Positions 8,776 to 16,665 of a DNA stretch of 25,256 nt are shown here, one piece after another. A program made the position numbers and the translations under genes. This stretch comes from a virus: IMG/VR virus record IMGVR_UViG_3300037467_003078; one strand, given 5' to 3'. The notes beneath the pieces are model-generated. The model was not told the DNA's origin. It was given only the letters and a program-made list of their open reading frames with translations, and did no database searches. How positions within the stretch are numbered: the first letter of the stretch is position 1; each line of letters starts with the position of its first letter.

Positions 8776-8787
8776 AACTTTTCCTCC

Positions 8788-9342
8788 TCAGTAATCATTC
8801 ATTTCATCTGTTATTGCTTGAACCTTTGCAGTTCCATTTTCCATATGCGTTAATACTTCACTCATTAAATGAGGGTCAACATTCTTAATTGCCTTAGGTG
8901 TTTCTGTAGCAACAAATTCATATTCGTTCATAGCGTCTATTAATTTATTTTGTAAAGGCTGTAGGCTTGACGGTGTATCTACGTTTTTAATTTCTTGAAT
9001 CTTGTCATACATTCTGCCACAAACTTCATCTACTCTATCTTGATATTCAGTTGACAACATATAATCAGGGTCTTTTGAGCCATCGTCCATTACCGTACTA
9101 TAGTCATATAGAATGTCTGCCATGTCCATACTGAGGTTTGATATTGTACTGTGATAGGCAATTTCTTTGTCGGCTTGACTCTTACCATCATCTTTCTTTT
9201 CCTTCTTTGGTTTTTCATGTTGCACCACTTCTTTCTTAGGTTCTTGTTTAGGTGTGTCATTTCCTCCTACAATACTAGTAGCGATTCCTAGGGCAAACAA
9301 CCCTAGGACTACATAGCCACATACTTTAAGGAATTTCTTCAT
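8788..9342 (-). CDS. membrane-anchored surface protein (TM, Lys-rich linker, helical domain)
   Basis: RBS AGGAGG; MKKFLK + hydrophobic segment + PKQEPKKE linker. Confidence 0.8.
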   Translation of the reverse strand: MKKFLKVCGYVVLGLFALGIATSIVGGNDTPKQEPKKEVVQHEKPKKEKKDDGKSQADKEIAYHSTISNLSMDMADILYDYSTVMDDGSKDPDYMLSTEYQDRVDEVCGRMYDKIQEIKNVDTPSSLQPLQNKLIDAMNEYEFVATETPKAIKNVDPHLMSEVLTHMENGTAKVQAITDEMNDY

Positions 9343-9354
9343 ACACATCTCCTC

Positions 9355-9477
9355 CTATTTTCTGCTATTTGCGATTGATTGTGCGATAGACTTTGCGATT
9401 TTTTTATCCTTCGCCATTACCACGATTTGCTCGAATCTTAAAAAATCTTTTCTCACCTTAATTGTGTACTTTTTCAT
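9355..9477 (-). CDS. 40-aa basic peptide
   Basis: RBS GGAGGAG; MKKYTIKVRKDFLRFEQIVVMAKDKKIAKSIAQSIANSRK. Confidence 0.55.
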   Translation of the reverse strand: MKKYTIKVRKDFLRFEQIVVMAKDKKIAKSIAQSIANSRK

Positions 9478-9489
9478 AATAATCTCCTC

Positions 9490-10641
9490 CTATTTTTTAA
9501 TTAGACTTGCTAGTTTAATTGCATTACCATAAGTGCCTTTGGCTAATCCAACGCTCCACTTAACAGGGTTGAACGAGCCAGTAGTAAACTTTCTTAAAAA
9601 CGTAGGTGTTACAACCATAAGGAACATAGTGGCAAATCCTATTAAAATACTATTCAATCCATCTGCAAAAGCATTTCCTGTATGGGTCGTTACTTCAAAT
9701 ATGGCTACACTTCCTAGTGATAACATTATTCCATGTACTAGAGGTGTGGCTATCAAGGTTATAAATTCTCTTATCAGAGTACCTAGCATAGCACCACCAT
9801 CTACTACCCAAGCAGTATTAGCTATTGGTGTGATAACTCCTAATACCATTACCGTAATTTGTCTAATCCAATACTGTATACCTAGTATCACAAACATGAC
9901 AATGAATCCTATAAACCAAAACAGTAGTCCTATGCTATTCGTTTGTTCTAATGCGTCATATGGAATTAAGTGCGTTTCGATTGCTTTGAATAGCGTCTTC
10001 ATAACTAGATTACTTCCTTCTATTGCAAATTGCATAATATCTAATGATAAGAAAGTCATTACTACACTAGCTAATAGTCTAATAATCAACTCTGACGCTC
10101 CTAAAGTAGTTGTTCCTAATACTCTAGCCTTTACCATATCAAATCCTTTCTTAGAGATAATTAGTATTACGAATGACATGCAGATGTACCATATTGCATT
10201 AAAAACTGAAAGTATCTCCGGGTTATCGAAAAAATCCTGTGTATTGAGTAAGGTATGCTCTAAGAAGTTATTTAGTTTCCAAACAAGGGTATCCTGCCTC
10301 GCCACACCATCTAGTGCTATGCTATCTATTAGTGATACATCATTATCCTTAAAGAACATTCTTTTGGTTATGAATCCTAGAAAGCCACTACCTTTTATAA
10401 CTGGATTATCTATTGGGTCTATGGGATTAATTACTTCTGCACTAGCCACGCTAGTAACTCCTATTGTTGTTACAAAGCCTAATAAGGCTAGTATTTTCTT
10501 CATAGGTCTACTACGTCTAATATCTCTATTCTTACTCTCTATGAGCCTATTAGTCTCCTCTATGACATCATTCATCTTATTTGATAATGAGAAGGGTGTA
10601 GAGTGGTCTTGTATGACCACCCCTCCTACAGTAATTTTCAT
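9490..10641 (-). CDS. VirB6/TrbL-like polytopic membrane protein
   Basis: Multiple TM segments; IQYWIRQITVMVLGVITPIA segment typical of the VirB6-like core; position in the operon. Confidence 0.7.
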   Translation of the reverse strand: MKITVGGVVIQDHSTPFSLSNKMNDVIEETNRLIESKNRDIRRSRPMKKILALLGFVTTIGVTSVASAEVINPIDPIDNPVIKGSGFLGFITKRMFFKDNDVSLIDSIALDGVARQDTLVWKLNNFLEHTLLNTQDFFDNPEILSVFNAIWYICMSFVILIISKKGFDMVKARVLGTTTLGASELIIRLLASVVMTFLSLDIMQFAIEGSNLVMKTLFKAIETHLIPYDALEQTNSIGLLFWFIGFIVMFVILGIQYWIRQITVMVLGVITPIANTAWVVDGGAMLGTLIREFITLIATPLVHGIMLSLGSVAIFEVTTHTGNAFADGLNSILIGFATMFLMVVTPTFLRKFTTGSFNPVKWSVGLAKGTYGNAIKLASLIKK

Positions 10642-10642
10642 A

Positions 10643-10756
10643 TTAGTTCACACCTTTAGCAAAGAACTTATTCCAAGGTATATACGTTACTTTATTCGCA
10701 CGTTTCCAATATATTTTATGAGCCACATAGCTACCAATGATAATCATTTTAAGCAT
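10643..10756 (-). CDS. 37-aa basic peptide
   Basis: MLKMIIIGSYVAHKIYWKRANKVTYIPWNKFFAKGVN; tiles between neighbours; GAAGGTG RBS. Confidence 0.5.
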   Translation of the reverse strand: MLKMIIIGSYVAHKIYWKRANKVTYIPWNKFFAKGVN

Positions 10757-10922
10757 ACTCTTTCACACCTTCCACTCGATTTTTAACGAACTCATTGAAC
10801 GCATTTGCCTTCTCCATATACTTTATGAAGTCTTTCACATTATCATGCTTTAAAGATTCTGTAGCTAATTTCGTATAATGTATAGCACGACCACTACAGT
10901 ATAATATTAGATACTTATTCAA
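10749..10922 (-). CDS. 57-aa hypothetical protein
   Basis: AAAGGAG RBS, TTG start overlapping upstream TGA; MNKYLILYCSGRAIHY... Confidence 0.55.
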   Translation of the reverse strand: MNKYLILYCSGRAIHYTKLATESLKHDNVKDFIKYMEKANAFNEFVKNRVEGVKEYA

Positions 10923-11086
10923 GGTAAAGTCATCTCCTTTAATAGTTGGTACAGCACTTTACTGTACTCTGATGTTTCCTCAATGTATTCGGCTCTATAT
11001 TGGGGAAACTGTTTTATTATCTCAGTTCCGTTAGCTACACGTTTACTAAGGAACTTTGCTAGTCTCAGGGTAAGAGTAGGATTCAT
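10919..11086 (-). CDS. 55-aa hypothetical protein
   Basis: ATGA overlap with the upstream gene; MNPTLTLRLAKFLSKRV...KEMTLP. Confidence 0.55.
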   Translation of the reverse strand: MNPTLTLRLAKFLSKRVANGTEIIKQFPQYRAEYIEETSEYSKVLYQLLKEMTLP

Positions 11087-11334
11087 GGCAGTATCACTTC
11101 TTTTAGTACTTCTTTGATAGTTCCAAATATCGCTTTAGTCTTTTCACTAGACATTACTTCTAGGCAGTCCTCAGTAGTCCACTTACCTTCTCCTACTCCG
11201 TTTGAGATATAATAATAGACTTTACCATAAGCAACCTTTACGTTTTCAACTACTACAGGGAACTTCATACCTCCTGTGTGATATAGTGCTTTCTTTCCGA
11301 CAGACGCAACTACTTCTGCTAATTCTTTAACCAT
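11083..11334 (-). CDS. hypothetical protein, possible small beta-barrel
   Basis: AAAGGAG RBS before ATG 11334; VVVENVKVAYGKVYYYI. Confidence 0.7.
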   Translation of the reverse strand: MVKELAEVVASVGKKALYHTGGMKFPVVVENVKVAYGKVYYYISNGVGEGKWTTEDCLEVMSSEKTKAIFGTIKEVLKEVILP

Positions 11335-11348
11335 TTTAATCATCTCCT

Positions 11349-11483
11349 TTACCAAGGTTTTAGTACTTCCTTGCCGATTTCAATAATGAAGTTAACAGTG
11401 TCAATAGTCAGTGGATTACCTAAGTCAAGTTCTTTAGAGCCTTGTTTGGCAATCATTTCGATAAGTTTGATTGGGATTCGCAT
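11349..11483 (-). CDS. 44-aa hypothetical peptide
   Basis: RBS GGAGGTG; MRIPIKLIEMIAKQGSKELDLGNP... Confidence 0.6.
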   Translation of the reverse strand: MRIPIKLIEMIAKQGSKELDLGNPLTIDTVNFIIEIGKEVLKPW

Positions 11484-11497
11484 ATAATCACCTCCAA

Positions 11498-11542
11498 GTA
11501 GGGGGGCGAAGAAACCCTACACAGTATGGCGTGGCGTGGCGA
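11498..11542. repeat. GC-rich hairpin plus tandem (TGGCG)x3
   Basis: GTAGGG...CCCTAC inverted repeat (11498-11520), then TGGCGTGGCGTGGCG, in an intergenic gap of the operon. Confidence 0.6.
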
Positions 11543-11546
11543 TTTT

Positions 11547-12116
11547 TTAAACTACACTATATAATAGGGGGCTAAGAATACTGTTATGAGAATAATCACG
11601 CTCAATGCCTTTACACATATTTAACCAAGTAGTAGGGGCTTCAATCGCTCTCTGTTTAAAATCAAAACTGTTACTATAATAGTAAGCACACGTTTGAGCA
11701 GGGATTTCAGCAAATAATACATTCCAAGTCCAGTTAGGATAGTACTTTCTTTGTTCTAGGTAGGCAGTATATTCTCCTTCAAATGTGAATGGACAACCAC
11801 ATACTAGATGTGCAAATACATCATGTACTGCTCTAAACTTAGAGTTTTGTTCTTCATTTAAGAATGGGTGTCCGTCAAATTCTGTATATATCTTGATTAG
11901 CTTAGTCTCTTTAACTTTCTCTCTCATTTCTTTAGCACTCTCATAAGGGTCTTCTTTAGTAAATTCTACTTCGTATGGTATATTATTAAACAATATATTA
12001 GTGCAACGGTTAATAACTTTGAAAGCATTAGCAACATACCTTCCTTCTTCTCCTAAGAAATTATCCTCACAATACGCTCTACCAATCTCATATTTAATGT
12101 AATCAATATTCTCCAT
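11547..12116 (-). CDS. putative metal-binding protein with RAVHDxxxH motif
   Basis: DPY, FRAVHDVFAH...FTFEGE...LFAEI; RBS AGGAGG before ATG 12116. Confidence 0.65.
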   Translation of the reverse strand: MENIDYIKYEIGRAYCEDNFLGEEGRYVANAFKVINRCTNILFNNIPYEVEFTKEDPYESAKEMREKVKETKLIKIYTEFDGHPFLNEEQNSKFRAVHDVFAHLVCGCPFTFEGEYTAYLEQRKYYPNWTWNVLFAEIPAQTCAYYYSNSFDFKQRAIEAPTTWLNMCKGIERDYSHNSILSPLLYSVV

Positions 12117-12127
12117 GCTATCTCCTC

Positions 12128-12646
12128 CTATGCGAATACTAAACTCCAAAGTCTAAACAGTTGGCGAGTAGCCCAAGGTGCTGAGGCTGTAATTGCAGTA
12201 CCTACGACAAGCCCTGCACCAACTTTCTTAGCTTGTGTTCTCTTTTCGTTATTCGCTCCACCTACTGCAAGGATATAACCTACCCATGCCCATACAGGTG
12301 TTGCTATATACATTAATACTTTAAACATAGTCCAATATATCTCTTTGAAGAATCTATCTAATGGAGATGTGTCTATATGAACTGCTTTAGCTACTACTGT
12401 ACTAGCAGATACTTCACCTGACATCAATCCAAATAAAGCTATGCTACCTAGTAAGACTGCTCCTGCTAATTTTGAATACTTTGCTAAGTTCTTTCCTTTC
12501 AAGAAGTCTCTTGCGAATGACTTGTTTTCTTCTACGAACTCTCCTTCATATTTATCTGCTACATTATCAAGATAGTGCTTCATGGTATGCTCCAAATAAT
12601 TTTGTGTAGTGTATCCTGTCTTTCTACTTCCTACGTTAACTTTCAT
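12128..12646 (-). CDS. VirB2/TrbC pilin-like membrane protein with long N-terminal leader
   Basis: Signal-like segment ending VSAS, then two TM segments separated by a basic loop EKRTQAKK, ending APW; RBS AAGAGGTG before ATG 12646. Confidence 0.6.
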   Translation of the reverse strand: MKVNVGSRKTGYTTQNYLEHTMKHYLDNVADKYEGEFVEENKSFARDFLKGKNLAKYSKLAGAVLLGSIALFGLMSGEVSASTVVAKAVHIDTSPLDRFFKEIYWTMFKVLMYIATPVWAWVGYILAVGGANNEKRTQAKKVGAGLVVGTAITASAPWATRQLFRLWSLVFA

Positions 12647-12816
12647 TTTATCCACCTCTTGTCAAATTTTCCATAAAAGAATCTGTTACATTGGTCGAAT
12701 CTGCTAACAGTCTCTTTCCTCATTGTGCAGAACAACTGACACCTATCATTTGTGTTGACTATGGTTGCTCTAATGCACTTGTCACATCTTCTTTGAACAG
12801 ATTGCTTACCTATCAT
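12643..12816 (-). CDS. 57-aa Cys-rich putative Zn-binding protein
   Basis: ATGA overlaps on both sides, AGGAGG RBS; MIGKQSVQRRCDKCIRA...C...C...CNRF. Confidence 0.65.
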   Translation of the reverse strand: MIGKQSVQRRCDKCIRATIVNTNDRCQLFCTMRKETVSRFDQCNRFFYGKFDKRWIK

Positions 12817-13097
12817 TCAAAATCGCCTCCTAGTAAATCTAACTTACTATTTAAGTCTAGTTCACTATCAGGTTCGCTAGTTGATATGTCTACCATCTGT
12901 AATTTCACTTCCTCCTTTCTAGGTTGTTTTAGGCTTTCGCCTACTTCATATTGTATTGTATGCTGACTATCAGTAATGTGTGCATATAATATATCTATAA
13001 TTTTTCTACTTTTTTCTGAGCGATATAGTTGGTTATACCAATCTATTACTTTCTTATCTCTAGGGTGGGTGTCTCTAGCGTTGAACGACAGTATCAT
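12813..13097 (-). CDS. ParR-like ribbon-helix-helix adaptor
   Basis: Directly downstream of the actin-like gene; strand-helix-helix N-terminus, acidic linker, amphipathic tail LNSKLDLLG. Confidence 0.65.
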   Translation of the reverse strand: MILSFNARDTHPRDKKVIDWYNQLYRSEKSRKIIDILYAHITDSQHTIQYEVGESLKQPRKEEVKLQMVDISTSEPDSELDLNSKLDLLGGDFE

Positions 13098-14094
13098 TCT
13101 TAGCACCCCACAACCTATTAGCGTATTTTAGAAATCCTTCTGCATTTGAAGTTTGACTACTAAATATAGCGTCAGTGAATACTTGTGAAAGATACGGTTT
13201 TAATAGTTGAGAGCCTCCACCTGTGAAGACGATGTGTTCCACCTCCCAAGCGTCCTCCCAACGAGTTTTAATTTCGTTTATGATGTTTACTGCTAGGTTG
13301 TAGAAAGACTCGTTTACAATGTTCTTTACGTTCAATCCTTTAATAGTTCCAGTACGGATAATCTCAGGTACTTCATACGTTTGTATTTCTAATCCATTGA
13401 ACTTCCTACTAATCTTTGCTCTTATTTCTTCATAGGCAACGTGCATACCACTTTTACTGTGAATAGTTAATCTTCCAACAGGGTCTAGGTTTTTAAATAC
13501 TATTCCGTCATTTGTTTTATATCCTATATCAAATATTGCTACTCCACTTCCTGCCAATTCTTTATTTTCTAGTTGACCGTTATCGTCTAATATTAGATTA
13601 AATAAAGTTCCATGTGGTTGTGCTACTACAATCGCTTGCTCTATTGCTACTATTTTAGTCTTCATTTCATAATCTCCGAAGTATCCTAATTTAACTCCGA
13701 ATTTCTGTCCTTTGTATTCCTGTGCTACTTTTTTTGCTATATTCATTTTATGAATCGGCAAGCCTATTACAACTCCACCTACTGAAAATGCTAACTCAGA
13801 TGTTAATGATAAAGCAGTGTGTGCTAGTAACTTTGTAGACTCTGATAGGTACTTATCATCTGTGACATCATGGTTTCTAATTGTGCTATTTTTTAAAGCC
13901 ATTCTTCCTACTGCATATTCTTCTCCTTCTACCATGATTGACAAGTTTCCTATTTTATCCTTAGAACCTAACTCTAAAGAATTATAGTCAACTAGTCTTC
14001 CAATCACGCTAGGAAATACTATTGGTGTTTTTGTTATGTTTGAGACCACCTTAATATCTCCGTTTCCTAGGTCTAATCCGTATAAGCCTCTCAT
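13075..14094 (-). CDS. parM: ParM/StbA-family actin-like ATPase
   Basis: GLDLGNGDIK, IGLP, AQPHG, FDIGYKTND, FTGGGS, SNAEG. Confidence 0.9.
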   Translation of the reverse strand: MRGLYGLDLGNGDIKVVSNITKTPIVFPSVIGRLVDYNSLELGSKDKIGNLSIMVEGEEYAVGRMALKNSTIRNHDVTDDKYLSESTKLLAHTALSLTSELAFSVGGVVIGLPIHKMNIAKKVAQEYKGQKFGVKLGYFGDYEMKTKIVAIEQAIVVAQPHGTLFNLILDDNGQLENKELAGSGVAIFDIGYKTNDGIVFKNLDPVGRLTIHSKSGMHVAYEEIRAKISRKFNGLEIQTYEVPEIIRTGTIKGLNVKNIVNESFYNLAVNIINEIKTRWEDAWEVEHIVFTGGGSQLLKPYLSQVFTDAIFSSQTSNAEGFLKYANRLWGAKNDTVVQR

Positions 14095-14143
14095 GTTGTG
14101 TCCTCCTTATTAATTCTTATTAACTTTGTTGCGTCTTTGATAA

Positions 14144-14173
14144 AGTATATTGAGGTACTAATTTGTCTTAGAA
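14144..14173 (-). promoter_or_regulatory. candidate promoter of the parM-T4SS-like operon (SigE-like or weak SigA)
   Basis: TTCTAA...AATATACT; no TTGAC -35 in this intergenic region. Confidence 0.35.
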
Positions 14174-14198
14174 CTAAAATTTAAATTTTTTTTAAAAT

Positions 14199-14225
14199 AA
14201 AAAAAGAACTCCTAAAAAGGAGTCC
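14199..14225 (-). terminator. intrinsic terminator insulating the parM operon
   Basis: GGACTCCT-TTTT-AGGAGTTC followed by a T-run on the minus strand. Confidence 0.8.
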
Positions 14226-14507
14226 TTAATTATTGTGATACATTTCCATTTGTCTGTAGAAACCAAGTAATTCATCTAATTTTGAGATAGCGTCAGCAAA
14301 CGCATATGCCTCTCCTATCTGTGTGTCAAAATTAACAGGGTCTACACAAGCAGATGTTCCAACAAGTTCAAAGCCATTGACTAATGTAACAAGTGCTATT
14401 GTAGTTTTCTTTCCTGCTTGAATAAATTGAACTTCTTCAACACACTCCTCAACTAATCCTTCTTGATATTCTGTTAAAGCGTCATAAATGTGGTTGTAAT
14501 CTTCCAT
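14226..14507 (-). CDS. phage Gp49/Gp66-family protein
   Basis: TTIALVTLVNGFELVGTSACVDPVNFD..IG...A motif. Confidence 0.85.
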   Translation of the reverse strand: MEDYNHIYDALTEYQEGLVEECVEEVQFIQAGKKTTIALVTLVNGFELVGTSACVDPVNFDTQIGEAYAFADAISKLDELLGFYRQMEMYHNN

Positions 14508-14508
14508 A

Positions 14509-14808
14509 TTACATCTCCTCTTTCTGCTTTTGATTTTGTAAATCCTTATAAATGTAAAACTCTAACAATGCTTTCTTTTGATTCTTTACTCGGACAACTG
14601 TCTTGATATAATTTTTAACGAACATATCAATAAGGTAAATTCCTGTCATAATTGCCAAAGCATTTAGATAACCTAGTTCTCCTGTCATATTGGGCAATAA
14701 GGCAACCATTCCTTTATTCCAAACGAATAAAGCGATTCCTCCTAAAGCTAGGACAATGAGTAAGTGCATAAACATAATGCTTGCTAATTCAGATAACATT
14801 TTTTTCAT
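14509..14808 (-). CDS. membrane protein, two TM segments
   Basis: AGGAGG RBS; hydrophobic segments. Confidence 0.75.
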   Translation of the reverse strand: MKKMLSELASIMFMHLLIVLALGGIALFVWNKGMVALLPNMTGELGYLNALAIMTGIYLIDMFVKNYIKTVVRVKNQKKALLEFYIYKDLQNQKQKEEM

Positions 14809-14821
14809 ATATTACCTCCTA

Positions 14822-15982
14822 TTAATATGTAATTACATGACTATCGTTAAATGATACTTCTCCATCTTCATTATAGAATAGTACTGCATGAGCCTTAGTC
14901 CATGTAGTCTTAATGAATTTAGAGCCATGTTTGTAGTCCACATCATGTTGTAGACAACCTGTTTCCATTACCATTCTTCCTCGGTCAATTAATTTTCCTG
15001 CTTGGTGTGTGTGTCCAATAACCACTGCTCGATGTGGAATATTCTTAACTAATGTAAAGTGTTCAGATGTCTGAATTACTGTACGCATAGTCACAGATGA
15101 ATAGTTGTCAGGGTGAGCATAGATTGTGTCAAACAATTTAATCCACCATGAGCCTACCACATGTACATTCTCTAATGGTTCATAACCAAATACTGAACCT
15201 GATTGGATAACCTCTAATACATCTTGTGGGAATAAGAAGTGCAAGTCTACTGGAATTACATTCTTAATGTAGTTTCGTAATCGTCTCTCATGATTTCCTT
15301 CTACAAGGATAACGTCCTTGAAGATTCTTGATACTATTTCTAGGAACTCACGACCTTCTTGTAGTTCTCGTTTAAGGGCTACTGTCTTATCCTTAGCGAA
15401 TGTAGACACATTGAATAGGTCAAGTATGTCACCGTTTAATACGAGAATGTCAGCGTCACTATGTTCAGTGATGATGTGTTTTACTAAGTCATAAACAGTA
15501 AAGGGAATATGTAAGTCTGCCATATACAACACTTTAACTTTCTGACCTTTATATTTTTCGTTTATGTATTTAGATACTTGGTCACGCTGTTTATCTGCGT
15601 TCTTATATAGGTACAAAGAATTGTCTCGTCCATCAGGAAGTGTAAAGAAATCTTCTTCTTTTGTTAGGGTGTCCTCAAACTGTTCTACACCTAAAACCTT
15701 TTCTATGTCAATCTTAAACATATCAGGGTCTATTACTTTACTAGGTATAGTGGAAGGATTAATAGAACTATTATTAAAGTAATTTGTAGATATTGAACCA
15801 CTATTAATAGGACTTGATTCTATTTTTGTCTTAGTGAATACTGGATTACGATTATTGTAATCATCTAGCCTCTTTGCTACCTGTCCTTTAGAAAGACCTG
15901 TCTCTTTAGCTATTTCTTCTTCTGACAAGCCTTGCAATTTTAAACGAAAACATAGATTTTCAAAATATTTATTGTCGCTCAT
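14822..15982 (-). CDS. metallophosphoesterase with N-terminal HTH
   Basis: GLSEEEIAKETGLSKGQV HTH; DLH, GDILD, GNHE, GHTH. Confidence 0.85.
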   Translation of the reverse strand: MSDNKYFENLCFRLKLQGLSEEEIAKETGLSKGQVAKRLDDYNNRNPVFTKTKIESSPINSGSISTNYFNNSSINPSTIPSKVIDPDMFKIDIEKVLGVEQFEDTLTKEEDFFTLPDGRDNSLYLYKNADKQRDQVSKYINEKYKGQKVKVLYMADLHIPFTVYDLVKHIITEHSDADILVLNGDILDLFNVSTFAKDKTVALKRELQEGREFLEIVSRIFKDVILVEGNHERRLRNYIKNVIPVDLHFLFPQDVLEVIQSGSVFGYEPLENVHVVGSWWIKLFDTIYAHPDNYSSVTMRTVIQTSEHFTLVKNIPHRAVVIGHTHQAGKLIDRGRMVMETGCLQHDVDYKHGSKFIKTTWTKAHAVLFYNEDGEVSFNDSHVITY

Positions 15983-16002
15983 TTAAGTGTCCTCTCCTTC
16001 TA

Positions 16003-16038
16003 CTAATATAGTGAGGGGCATGTAGCCCCATATATTAG
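16003..16038. other. intergenic stem-loop
   Basis: CTAATATA..GGGGC-atgta-GCCCC.TATATTAG; no clear T-tail. Confidence 0.5.
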
Positions 16039-16280
16039 CGATAATTTACTTTAACGATTTGTTGGAAAGCATTGTAACTGAACTCGTCAAGAATACGAGT
16101 AGCAACTACTTCTGACATAGTTCCTTCATCAATAAGTTCCTTTAATTTAAATTTCATTTTGTTAATGAAGTCTTTGTAAGAGTCGATAGCGTCAAAGTAA
16201 ATCTCAGGTGTCATTGGTTGACCATTTGCTTCTTGTACCTCCGTGTTAATTACCTCTTGTTTTGGTGCATTAATATTCAT
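16035..16280 (-). CDS. hypothetical protein
   Basis: GAGGAG RBS before ATG 16280. Confidence 0.65.
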   Translation of the reverse strand: MNINAPKQEVINTEVQEANGQPMTPEIYFDAIDSYKDFINKMKFKLKELIDEGTMSEVVATRILDEFSYNAFQQIVKVNYR

Positions 16281-16375
16281 CAAACATCTCTCCTCGTTAT
16301 GTATAGTTTCGTGGTATAGCCCACCCATTCCTACACCACAACCTCACTCCTCACATTAGGAGTCAACCCTTAGTG

Positions 16376-16636
16376 TTATATATTTCTATATTTAGTCACT
16401 GTTTCTCCTCTACCTTTAAAAGCGAAGGTTTTGCCTAATTCTTTAATAGTGAAATATTCAACAAGGTCACTATTGTCTTCCATTATTTTTACTACTCGTT
16501 CCTTGTCTTCACTTTGAAACAGGATAAATGTTTTTTCTTCTTCACCACCGAAGAAAATCACCATACTATGACTCTCTACTTCTCTACCATATTTTAAACC
16601 TGAAATTTCATTGCGAATATCTTCTAACGTTTTCAT
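16376..16636 (-). CDS. hypothetical protein
   Basis: GAGGAG RBS; own SigA promoter. Confidence 0.7.
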   Translation of the reverse strand: MKTLEDIRNEISGLKYGREVESHSMVIFFGGEEEKTFILFQSEDKERVVKIMEDNSDLVEYFTIKELGKTFAFKGRGETVTKYRNI

Positions 16637-16665
16637 ACAATCATCTCCTCTTGTATTATATGTAT

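Noticed and set aside
9370-9399. TGCGAT x3 at 12-bp spacing as possible parC or operator
   Set aside because: It lies in the 40-aa ORF and is explained by the IAKS-IAQS-IANS peptide repeat; only three short copies.
9533-10786. 417-aa plus-strand ORF antisense to the VirB6-like gene
   Set aside because: No RBS, no recognisable motifs and Ile/Ser/Thr/Asn-rich composition typical of a shadow frame; the minus strand is fully tiled with coupled genes.
10919-11370. Similar C-termini KEVLKPW / KEVILP / KEMTLP in three consecutive small ORFs
   Set aside because: Largely explained by embedded purine-rich RBS sequences and stop-start overlaps rather than a protein motif.
16306-16350. Hammerhead ribozyme suggested by stem followed by CGAAAC
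   Set aside because: The required CUGANGA core is absent before the stem.
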